A stretch of DNA of 64,000 nucleotides from Octopus vulgaris. Lineage: Eukaryota. The notes beneath the pieces are model-generated. The model saw only the letters and a list, made by a program, of their open reading frames with translations. It had not been told where the DNA came from and searched no databases. Positions 49,277 to 61,176 of the stretch are shown piece after piece. Position 1 is the stretch's first letter. Every line of letters starts with the position of its first letter. Made by a program: the position numbers and the translations under genes. The stretch spans positions 60,140,001-60,204,000 of the forward strand of contig OX597816.1 of assembly GCA_951406725.2 (NCBI GenBank), given 5' to 3'.

Positions 49277-49754
49277 CGTGCATGTGTGTGTGTGTGTGTA
49301 TTCTATGTCTATGCTGCAATATGTATATGTGTATCTGAAATGTGTGAAACAGATTTAAAATAAATGAAATATAATATCTGAAATGTGTGTATCCCTGCTT
49401 GCACCGCCATTTACATAGTAATTTTAGCCGACTACTTTATAACGATATTACACCCTAAATTATCAGTATGCAGAAGAAATATTGGTCTTTTCCAATTTAT
49501 TTACCAAACTATATCTAATATTTATAGAGATATATTAGCAAATCATTAACAAAATCAACCTCTACTTGGCCTCTTAGTTATTTTAAAAGCAGCATATTTA
49601 TTACTTTTAGGGACATTATATTTTGTAATGGCAACCATAATCTACTACAAAGTATATTAAACGTTTTATAAATCAATACTGTGTCCTACTGTGTTAGCAG
49701 TGCTTTTAAATCACATGTTACGGTTACCTCTACAGATTTTCTATAGAAATTGTA

Positions 49755-50110
49755 GACAGTAGGAGTGGCTGTGTAATAAGTAGCTTGTTTACCAACCACA
49801 TGGTTCCGGGTTCAGTCCCACTGCGTGGCACCTTGAGCAAGTGTCTTCTACTATAGCCTCGGGCCGACCAAAACCTTGTGAGTGGATTTGGTAGACAGAA
49901 ACTGAAAGAAGCCCGTTGTTTATATGTATATGTATATTATGTGTGTGTGTGTGTTTGTGTGTCTGTGTTTGTCCCCCCCAACACCGCTTGACAAACGATG
50001 CTGGTGTGTTTACATCCCCGTAATTTAGCAGTTCAGTAAAAGAGACTGATAGAATAAGTACTAGGCTTACAAGAAATTTGATTCAACTAAATGACTGAAG
50101 CAATTAAAAA
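49755..50110 (+). mobile_element. SINE A
   Basis: Head to tail, with a 3' deletion. Confidence 0.88.
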
Positions 50111-52763
50111 GAGAGAGAGCACTGATTTGTAATGATGTTCATATCTGAAGACGTCTGATGTAAACAACAATTTGATCATATATGGGTGTGTGTATATGCA
50201 TATTTCAGGAGTTCTTGTTCCTTCTTCAGCTCCACACCCAACCTATTAACCATGGAAACATTGCTTAAATCACACTAAAAATAGTGGTGTAACATTAGCA
50301 GCCAAATCATCCTCAAATCACACCATAATAGAAATGGGAACAATGGATGATACAGTTTCTTATGTATAGAAAAACAGAGATGGCTCTGGTCATAGATCTA
50401 TTGAACCAGGGCTAATCTGGTTCTAAACAAATACAATAAACTATGAAGGTTAAAATATCTGTTCACCCTGTAAGATAGATATGTTTTAAAGATGCATGGC
50501 CTAATGAGTGTCCAGCTCATTATTATATGGGTGTGGGGGTCAATTCCTGGAGCAGGTTGTGCATTGCATAATTGAAAAAGCATAGAAATATGAAAGCGGG
50601 TGGAACCAAAAATGGAAGAAGTGTATAATGAAAATAAATACCCCAGTAGAAGAAGCAGAAGAGTCTATTGGCTCAACCCATTCAGCATGTGACGGAATGG
50701 TTTTCTTGAAAGCAGGTAAGGGTTGACATCTGGAAGAGCTTCCAACCATAGAAATTTTTTCCAACCCATACCAGCATGGAAAAAGTAGATGTATAAATAA
50801 TGGATGTTGATGTTGATCATAATAACGATGATGATGATAATGATGATGAAGATGATGTATGACTTGTCTGTTTATCTGGATGCTGTTGGATACAGCTCAT
50901 AGCTACCCTACAGGAAATAAATATTGTTCTTCCCACTATAAAGTTGATAATGTTACTGCATTACACTTCCAAAACTAAGTGGTGACTTTATCTCTAAAGT
51001 TCAACACACAGATTGCATTCCTGTATAAAATGTGGAACATTTCTTTATGACAAGCAGTAAAAAATTCTGTTTCCTTTGGAACTTTTCCAAAGAATATCTA
51101 CTTTTAAGTTTACATTATTCGGTGCTGAACTGGCAGAGTTAATAGAGTGTTGGATTAAATGCATTGTGGCATTTGTTTCAACTCTCTGTGTACTGAGTTC
51201 TACTCTTGTTGAGGTACACTTTGCTTTCATCCTTTCAGGATCAATGAATGAGTACCAATCTAAGGAAATGGATTAGTGGAACTATCAGGGAGCCAGATGG
51301 GATGTTTTGCAGTATTTGTTCTTGCTCTTTACATTCTGACAACAATAACAGTGATGACACTGATGCCAAGCTATTATCAGCTCAAGTCTGTGATATTATC
51401 TGTGGATAAACATTTGTGACGCAGGATGAAGGATGATGGAGAATTACATGTATAAGCAACTGCTAGTCTTCTGCAAAAGATTTTCTCACACTTGCTCACA
51501 GATGTGCAGATGCATGGTCAGCACTGACTGACGAAGGCCCTTCTTGGATGATGAGCACAATGGATTGTGCTGGACAAAATCATTTGTCCATTATGTCTCT
51601 TTACATACTGAGTTCAAAAACCTGTGAATTTGATTTTGTTTTCTATCCTTCAGAGGGTCAACAAAATAAGTAGTAATAAAGCACTGGGGTTAGATTAAAC
51701 TGAATATACTCTTTCGTTAAATTGTGCAGTTAAGTCTCTAGGTTAGAAATGATGTTTAACACCATGTCATTCTATGGACTATGACTTGCCAGCTGTAATC
51801 ATCTGTCATTTTTTTATAGAGCAAGAGATCTGGGACTGCCTTTTTTTTAAAGACAGTTGAGAGTGATCTGATACTTAGCTGCTATTTCTAACAAGTCAAG
51901 CAAATAAGTAGAGACACCTCTATGGACTTATTTACTGACAAGTGAACTTGTTTTATGAAGATTACATGTCTTAAGAACAGGGAAGAATATTTTGAGAGTG
52001 TTGATGATGAGGATGTACGAAAGCAGTGCCTGCAAAAACCAACAACAGACCTATTAGTATCTGCCGGGGTCCCTCTCTAAAAGAAAAACTCAAACCTCGG
52101 TACCCTTAAATTTTGAGAGAAATCCATAGCCTGAAAATAGTTTTGTTCTATCTTGCCAAATTTCGTTTAGAGGTTCTTGCTAAAGACAAGATACCAACTA
52201 ATGATGATCCTTCATCAAATGAGCATGGCCAGCCAAGCACAGCATCTTTATTTAGCATTTTCAATAATTTATAGATCTAGAGAACTTATGCTGTCATCTG
52301 AAGAGGTTGGGAATATGAGTAGGAAGGAACAAACAAATAACAAAACCAAAACTAAATAAATAACTATATCAGAAATGTCTTTTATTGATGTCTAATTGCA
52401 TTTCCAATTAATTTAGATCACATCTGGCCTAATAGAGGTCTCCCATTTAATGAAATTGTACCATAAACAAAGATGGTAGATGTTTGCAATATATTAAGGA
52501 AAGTAATAGTAATTTCACTATGTCCTTAACTTGGATCGATTTGTAGCCAGGAAGTATTTCTCCAGGGTATGTTCTTCACCCCCAACACATCAACCCACAC
52601 CTTGCTACCCTTCATTTACTGAACTACAAAGATGGGGGAGTGGCGGAAAATAACAAAGTAAAAAAGAAAACATCCATCTACTTTATAAATGAAGATTTAC
52701 AACCAGTCAATGATTTACATAGATGAAAGCTTTTAACGGAACTGACATGACATTTGAGAGAGT

Positions 52764-52823
<60 letters not shown>

Positions 52824-53239
52824 TAAGTGATTGTGATGATGTAGGAAAGACATCTGTTGAATGAACACAGTAGAAGTCAGCTTTACACATGACATCTGAC
52901 CAATTAGATATATTGCAATGATTACACACAAAACAAGAATAAAATATCAAGCATAGAGAAAAAAAAACAAACAGAAAAGAACATAGAATAAAACAAAAAT
53001 ATTGTCCATGCTTTTTCATGTAATATTTGTTATCACTCATTCACTACCCACCCTGATGAATAAAGATAATTCATGAATGGTATGGCAATTGATAATAAAA
53101 GGATATTAATACTGATATTAGCATTGCTAAATAGATGACAACTAGCGAAGTTTGGCTTGTTGTATCATTTAGAGGAGCATGAATAGAATGTTCTTTCTGT
53201 AGTCATTATTTTGACAAATGAAGAAAATTGTTATTATTA

Positions 53240-53815
53240 TTCAGTGAACTGGCACAGAGTCGAATAAAAATGCCTTATGGTAATATTATTCTGGGAATTA
53301 ACATTCTGAGTTCACATCATACCAAGGTAATCTTTGCATTTCATACATCTGGGGTTGATAAATATAATGAACCATCAAGTACTGAGGTTGATGTAACTGC
53401 CATCTGCCTCTCCTCAAAAACTGCTGGCTCTGTGCCAAAATTTGGAACCATTATTATTATTATTATTATTATCATCATTATTGTGAGAGAAGAGTGCATG
53501 CCATCAAAGTGACACTGAGGTAAAATATACGAAGCCCAGTATACCCATCATGACTACCCGTCTGATAAGGGTACACTAGGCACATGCATCACAATCATAT
53601 GTGCACAACATGGTGATCTCATACGGAGATTAGCAGTGCATGACCTTGCAGGTGGGGCCCAGTTAGAATTTTCTTCAGGTCGAGTAGCCCATCTCGCTCA
53701 AAAGGTCCCTGAATAAGGGTTGTTTAAAGATGTTGAACGAACTACTCATGTTTCCAGAGGTGAATTATCCAAACCTCAAAGAATTCTTATCAACACATGG
53801 CTATGATGCTCCCCC

Positions 53816-53851
<36 letters not shown>

Positions 53852-54254
53852 AAAGCAGTGATCTGATAGAAAAGTTAGCACATTGGTATTTCATCTGTCT
53901 TTACAATCAAAGTTCAGATTCTGAGGTCAGCTTTGCCTTACATCCTTTTGGGGTCGATTAATTAAGTACCAATGAAAAACCGGGGTCGATGTTATTGCTA
54001 CATTCCCTCCCACAAAATGGCTGCCCTTGTGGCAAAATTTGAAACCATTATTATTATTATCATTAAGGCAGCAAGCTAGCAAGCACATCAGGCAAAATAC
54101 TGTATGTTCTGAGTTCAAATTCTGCCAAGGTCAACTTACCTTTCATCCTTTCGGGGTTGATAAAAATAAGTACCAGTTGAATACTGGAGTCAATGGGATT
54201 AACTTGCCTCCTGCCCTAAAATTGCTGGCCTTGTGCCGAAATTTGAAATCATCA

Positions 54255-54297
<43 letters not shown>

Positions 54298-54719
54298 GGC
54301 AATGAGCTAACTAAATCACTAACATGCCAGGTGAAATACTGCTAAGCATTTCACCTGTCCTTATGTTGTGAGTTCAAATTCTGTCGAGGTCAACTTTGCC
54401 TTTTATCCTTTCGGGTTTGATGAAGTAAGTACCAATTGAGCACGGGGGTTGATGTAAATGACTAGTCCCCTTCCCACAAAATTTCAAGCCTTGTGCCTAT
54501 TGTAGAAAGGATTATTATTCTTATGAAGATGATGAAGTGGCAGACTCCTTACATCATTGAAAGAAATGTCTAGAGCAGTTTCAGTACTTTACACTCTGAG
54601 TTCAAATCTTGCTGAAGCCAACTTAATTTTTCATCCTTTCAGGATTGTTAAAATGAAATACCAGTCATAAACTGGATTTGAAGGTACTGACAAACCCCTC
54701 CCCTCAAAAAATTGCTGGC

Positions 54720-54750
<31 letters not shown>
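53240..54750 (+). mobile_element. Array of about five SINE B copies with (ATT)n spacers, interrupted by family E (53483-53815)
   Basis: Repeated GAGTTCAAAT...CCTTT(C/T)ATCC...AAGTACC units. Confidence 0.8.
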
Positions 54751-54752
<2 letters not shown>

Positions 54753-56678
54753 TAAATTATTATAATTATTATTATATGGAACTACAAACAACAAATATAT
54801 TTTAAAATACATCTCATGAGTTTTTGAAAACTATCAGATCACTCTCTTAATTGGATGTGTGTGTGTGTATTGTGTCTGCATGGACTCATTTCATAGAGAA
54901 GTGAGAAGTCTTTTGTTGTGCTTTCCACTCCTGTTAGTGGTTGAAAATGACTACATTTTGAAAAAAAAAATCTTTTTTATTTTTTGCCTTCACACAAATT
55001 TCAAAAATATTCATTAACAAGGCATTCACTGAAGTGACAAGGCAGTAGGAGGATAACTCCCACAAATGAAACAGCAATGTACGTATATGCTCTTATGAAA
55101 ACATTTAATAGATTAATATAGAGTTAAACAGAAAAATGATGAAAAATACTCAGATATAACAATTCTACAAATGGACTCTTTTGTAAATGCAATCTTTTTG
55201 TCCTTCATCATGCACAATTTATTTCAACTGAAGTATTTGCATTTCAGCTAAAGTTTTTTAAGTCTCATATTGTATAACATTTGTGAAATTGTATAATGTT
55301 TTTGCTTCATCTACACATTAATTATATAAATATGTATGTACGTTCTCACACATTGTAACATATTTTGAATGAATGAATGGGCTCTTATAGAAAATAAGAA
55401 AAGGCTATTGTTATTATTATTATTATTACCATTATCATTATCATTATTATTATTGTTTATGAAGGTGCATGGCATAGATGTTAGGCTTCCAAACATAAGG
55501 TTATGAGTTTGATTCTTAGACTAAGTGGTGGATTGTGTCTTTGAGCAACAGGCTTCACTGTACATTGCTTCAGTCAACTGTAACTGAAGAGGAGTACTAA
55601 CCCAGTGCTGGTGCAGCTCTCAATGCAGTGAGCTGACTGAATCAGTAGAGCATCCCTCCCCACAAAATGCTTTGTGATATTTGTTGCAGCTCTGAGTTCA
55701 AATCCTGCCAGGATCAACTTTACATTTCATTCCTCCAGGGTTGATAAAATAAAGTACCTGTCAAGAAATGGGAACAACGGAATCAACTTATCCTCCTCCC
55801 CTCACTCCTAGTAGTATCATCCGAACCTCTTGTGATGATAGAGAGCAAATGGAAGCGAGAGAGGAATAGAAGACTGTTGCAAGGGAAGAACAGGAAGGAG
55901 AGAAGGAAAAGTGTGAGCCTAAGCAGAAGTGGGACACTGGAAGGGGAGCATCACACTATGGAGTTGCTCAACTTCACAAGGATTGAAAAGGAAAGCAATT
56001 TGATGCTTGAACTGGAGGGGAATGGACCTAAGTTGATTGATCACACATCATGAGGTCCCTTATGGCCTGGCTGACCAAAAAACACTTTAGGATCGTTTTG
56101 AGTGTTGGGATTTGAGTATGTGGTGTGGAAGTTAGTTGTTATAATTCATAACATTTACCATATTTCTGTTGAGATGCACTGTGTTTCTTTCAATTATTTT
56201 AAATATAACAAAGAATTTAGTGAAATAACTTAGTTATCACTAAGCTAGTGTTAGGAACATAAACTGTGACTAAGGTTTGGTGGAAGATTTTAATTCAAAA
56301 CTTATGAAAACAAGACAATTGTACAACAGAGCCAAGGGCGGTTTCAGCCGGGTTGGTATCAAAAGGGTTAAGTAGTTTGAATGGTTTTTAAGGGCAAAAT
56401 TATATACTTAAGTCACTGGCTCATATCCCACCTATTCCAGATAATGCTTCTTAGTCTTCCAAATGCTGTAGATACTAGTGAGATTTGTCTTTTCTGTTCT
56501 GATCTATTTGGTACAATACTATCAAGAAATGCAAACTTGAGTAAGACATAGAAATACTATCATAATAAAATCTTTCCATTTAACATAATGGCTCAGCCAT
56601 GCAATAGGAAGGCCATCCAAAGGCAAATAATGCTATAATACAAGACCCCTTTCTCTCCCCCCTCTCTCTCTCTCTCTT

Positions 56679-56720
<42 letters not shown>

Positions 56721-56917
56721 TTCTAAGCCACATCACCATGATCTGAATTTATGGCCATATTTGTCTGTAGTCAGTGTCCAACTGATACTTATTTTATAAA
56801 CCCCAAAAGGATGAAAGGCAAAGCTGACCTCCTTAGCATAATTTGAACTCAGAATGTAATGATGGTCAAAATGCTTTGTAGTATTTGTCCAGTATGCTAA
56901 CAATACTACTAGCTCTC

Positions 56918-57444
56918 TGCCAGTGGCTCTCATGGCTTCTGATCTTAACTGATTGGAAGTGTTATCATGTACACTGTTTTGTCTTGGTATAAAAGATGGG
57001 TTACAGCAAATATTCTTGCTCAATATCACTGATTTGCTTGTCAGTTGTTTGACCTTAACCAGTTGAGCATGTCCCTTAGTTGCTGACGATATGTGCATCT
57101 CTGATCACGAGCAGAAGTAGTGGGGGAGCATCATAGCCATGTGTGGAGAGGAATTCTTTGGGGTTTGGATAATCCACCTCAGGAAACATGGGTGTTTCGT
57201 TCAATATCTTTAAATGACCCTTATTCAGGGACCTTTTGAGCAGAATGGGCTACTCAACTTGAAAATTCTGTCTCCTCCTGTAAGGTCATGCGCTGTTTAT
57301 CTTCATATTAGATCACTATGTCGCACATATATGGTTGTGATGCATGTGCCTGGTGTACCCTTATCAGACAGGTAGTCATGATGGGTATACTGGGTTTCGT
57401 ATATTTTACCCCAGTATCACTTTGATGGCATGCACTGCTTTCTC

Positions 57445-57498
<54 letters not shown>

Positions 57499-57520
57499 TA
57501 ATAATAATAACAATAATAAA
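56918..57520 (+). mobile_element. Family E retroposon segment with a long (AAT)n tail
   Basis: Reverse complement of 42733-43252, followed by about 70 bp of (AAT)n. Confidence 0.75.
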
Positions 57521-58139
57521 AGTGTTTTCAATACAGTGAAAATAAGAGCACCACAACAAACTACAGCACATACCCGAGGCACACAGAGCTGTGCTCAGTT
57601 GTGCAGTGAAAGCATGTGATCAAAATAAAACTACTGAATAATAATAATGATATTAACAACAACAACAACAAATGATTCCAGATTAGTCGTGTGTACAAAG
57701 CATTTTTCTGTTGGCCCCTAGGGTGGCTCACAATGATTAGCATTTTCCTCCGTTAGTAATTTTGCCTTCTCGTTCCATTTTCACTGTTATTTTAAACTGA
57801 TCCCTATTGATTACTTTTCCCCCAGCAATCTAGAAGAAGGTAGTACAGTGAACCTATGCAGATCACCAGTTTAGTTTCACTTTTTTATCATGTGTTATTT
57901 TGGTCAATTAGAAATTTATAGTTTGTGAGCCATTTCTTTTTTTTTTTCAGCGCAAGTTTTACAAAGCACATGAGTGTTGTAGGTTCACCATTGCCATGAT
58001 TGCTATTTTAACCAATCAGTAACTAGTAGTATGTTGAACCATTTTTCACCTTCTCAAAGAAGTCAAAACCTGTGTGTTTCCTCTTAGTTGTTTGCTTCAT
58101 ACTAGACTAGTTGACTAGCTATCATTTGTCTTTTATCTT

Positions 58140-58342
58140 TTAACTTTTACTTGCTTCAATCATTAGACTGCGGCCATGCTGGGGTATTGCCTTGAATTTT
58201 TAGTCAAATAAATCAAACCTAATACTTCTTTTTAAGCCTGGTACTTATTCTATCAGTCTCTTTTGCTGAACTGCTAAGTTACAGAGATGCAAACACCAAT
58301 ACCAGTTCTCAAGCAGTGGTGGGTGACAGACACAGACAGAAA

Positions 58343-58380
<38 letters not shown>

Positions 58381-58725
58381 GGGAGAATTCACAAAAAAAC
58401 AAGACAAAGACAGGTGGTGTAGACAACAAACAGATGTATTAGTTTAACGCTCAGGAGGTGAAAAAGCCTTTAACATTTCGAGCCTATGCTCTTCCACAGA
58501 AAGGAAAACAGAAAGAAACAGGGAGAGAAAATAAAGAATGTGTAGTGGCTAGCATTCTATCATGGTGGGCTTCTTTCTGTTTCCGTCTACTAAATCCACT
58601 CGCAAGACTTTGGTCAGCTCAAGGCTATAGTAGAGGATACTTGCCCAAGGTGCCAGGCAGTGGGACTGATCCCTGAACCATGTGGTTGAGAAGCTAGCTT
58701 CTTGCCATACAGCTGCATCTGCGCC
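58140..58725 (-). mobile_element. SINE A with a ~185-bp insert (58381-58565) in its microsatellite
   Basis: SINE halves at 58140-58380 and 58566-58725. Confidence 0.8.
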
Positions 58726-59530
58726 TATTGTTTATTCCTGATTTTTATTCTGGTAACAGTCATGCGTAAACTATCTCTTTACTATGTCACTTCATTCTCC
58801 CTCTCTCCTAGCTAGACAATAAACTTAGTCTAGCCTCAACAGAATCATTTTGATTAGCTTAAGATGATATTTGCTTATTTGACATTTTTTTCTACCTAAG
58901 GATATTTATCTGCTTGCACACATTAAACTCTACAACACAAATTGTTTGGTTGACATGAAAACATGAAACTACCCACATTTTCCATAACATTCCTACAACA
59001 TAAATGATCTTCCTGGCTTTGTGATGTACATTTCCATTTGTACATTTACACAAATATGCTCTGACTGTTGTAAATTAAGCTTAAAAATTTTCCATGCCTG
59101 ATGTCTGTTCCTTTTTAACATGGATTCACAACTCATGTGTTGTGTAATTATTGTATAATTTTCCAGCAAATTCCATTGAAATTTACAATTATGTTGGTAT
59201 TTAAGAAATAAAAGGAAAGATGATATAAAATCAATTTTTGTTATATCTACAAATAATATTTTAATTTCCTAAACATCCTATAAATAGTTAAATAAATTTT
59301 AATATTCATTGTACTACGATTTGGATATAATGGACAACAAAAATTAATATAAGCGATAAATAATAGTATGTACACTTACATCATATAAAATATATGTTTA
59401 GAAATATAATATATCAATATCATACAGAAATATCATACATCGATATGATACAAAAATACCGTAGATCAATAACAATAGAAAGGAACAAAAACAAATATAT
59501 TCAGTTACTTTCCAAATCTGAAACACACTG

Positions 59531-59599
<69 letters not shown>

Positions 59600-59959
59600 T
59601 GACGATGATGGTGATAATGACAATGACAATGATGATGATGAGATGCTCTGTAATTCATAATGATGAATAACAGAAAAAGAACACCATCCCTGGAAACTTT
59701 ATAATAACAGTTGGCACGGAAACAAAATAAAGTTTGTGAAAGTTGAAGGGTTTTATGTTAACTACATTAAAGTAAAGTAAAATAAAAATTAAATTAAAAA
59801 AAAAATTGCAAAAGTTAAAATAGAAATATATTTTGGGAGAATTTTAATGATTGAAGGAATGAAATAAAATAATATTGACAAATAAGATAAAAGCGGTGGA
59901 ATAAATAGAATAGCCAATAACCAGATGGAAGAACAAAATATCTTTTAGTCTATCTGCAT

Positions 59960-60340
59960 GTATACTTGCATGCCAACTTGCCCGAGTTGTTTGCAAAACT
60001 GGGAACTGAAACAATGTCCAGTTTTGCCAACGTATAGGGAATTACAAAGTTTATATTTGCTACAATAAACAAGGTCAGTAATGATGCAGTCAAAGGGGAC
60101 AGTAGCATGAAATTGAGTTTGTAGGGCCAGCTGTACACTTGCTGTTGGAGATGATGGGACAAGTGTAAAATACAAAATGGGAGCATTTGAAGGAGTCAGG
60201 CTGTGTATTACAGGAGGGAAGGGAGCTTCAAGCAAAGTGGACATGTAGGCTTTGTCATTCTTGAAACAAAAAAAAAAAAAGGAGGAGGAAGTGATGAGGA
60301 AAGCTTTTAGCAATTTGAGAGAGACAGAAGTGGAAGTAGC
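59960..60340 (-). pseudogene. Penelope-like element GIY-YIG endonuclease fragment
   Basis: FDCIITDLVYCSKYKLCNSLYVGKTGHCFSSQF resembles the PLE consensus F.C...N(L/V)(I/V)Y.I.C..C...Y(I/V)G.T.R....RF.EH. Confidence 0.75.
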
Positions 60341-60359
60341 CTTTGTGAGATATGACTTA

Positions 60360-61176
60360 TTAATCCTTTAGTATTCAGATTACTCTGTCAAATATATTGT
60401 GTGTTTATTTATATTCTCTCTTACTCTTTTACTTGTTTCAGTCATTTTGACTGTGGCCATGCTGGAGCACCCGCCTTTAGTCCAGCAAATCAACCCCAGG
60501 ACTTATTCTTTGTAAGCCTAGTACTTATTCTATCAGCCTCTTTTGCCAAACCGCTAAGTTACGGGGACATAAACACACCAGCATCGGTTGTCAAGTGATG
60601 TTGGGGGGACAAACACAGACACACAAACATGTATTGTATGCCTTGTACTCTGTTTTTTCGTTGTTTGAAATAGTCCGTTTCCATGTTTTTGTTTTTATGT
60701 TTTCGTTTCTCGTTGTGCTCTATGTCTTTTTGGTGTCCTGTACCCATGTATGCCTGTATATATACATATAGATGTGGGTATGTACATATATGTATGTATG
60801 TATGTATGTATGCATATGTTTTATTTATTAATTTGTTATTATATATATATATACATATATACAACGGGCTTCTTTCAGTTTCTGTCTACCAAATTCACTC
60901 ACAAGGCTTTGGTCAGCCCAAGGCTATAGTAGAAGACACTTGCCCAAGGTGCCATACAGTAGGACTGAACCTGGAAGCATGTGGTTCGTAAGCAAGCTAC
61001 TTACCACACAGCCACTCTTGCGCCTATTGTTTTGAATTTCTCATACACTATCTGTAGTTTAGAGATTTTGATGTGGCTTTTTAATTTTAAAATGACATTG
61101 TAAGGTTAGCCAGTTTCAACATAAAATAAGTTAATGTTTTGGCTGGATATAGCCTGTTTGAAAACTAAAGAGTTAA
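60360..61176. mobile_element. Family 2 TTAA MITE containing SINE A (60416-61025, minus), which itself contains a ~220-bp insert
   Basis: TTAATCCTTTAGTATT...AAACTAAAGAGTTAA termini, SINE A halves, and non-SINE sequence at 60635-60850. Confidence 0.8.

Noticed and set aside
52150-52360. Possible plus-strand exon (EVLAKDKIPTNDDPSS...)
   Set aside because: Weak acceptor, an early stop in the plausible frame and no recognisable homology.
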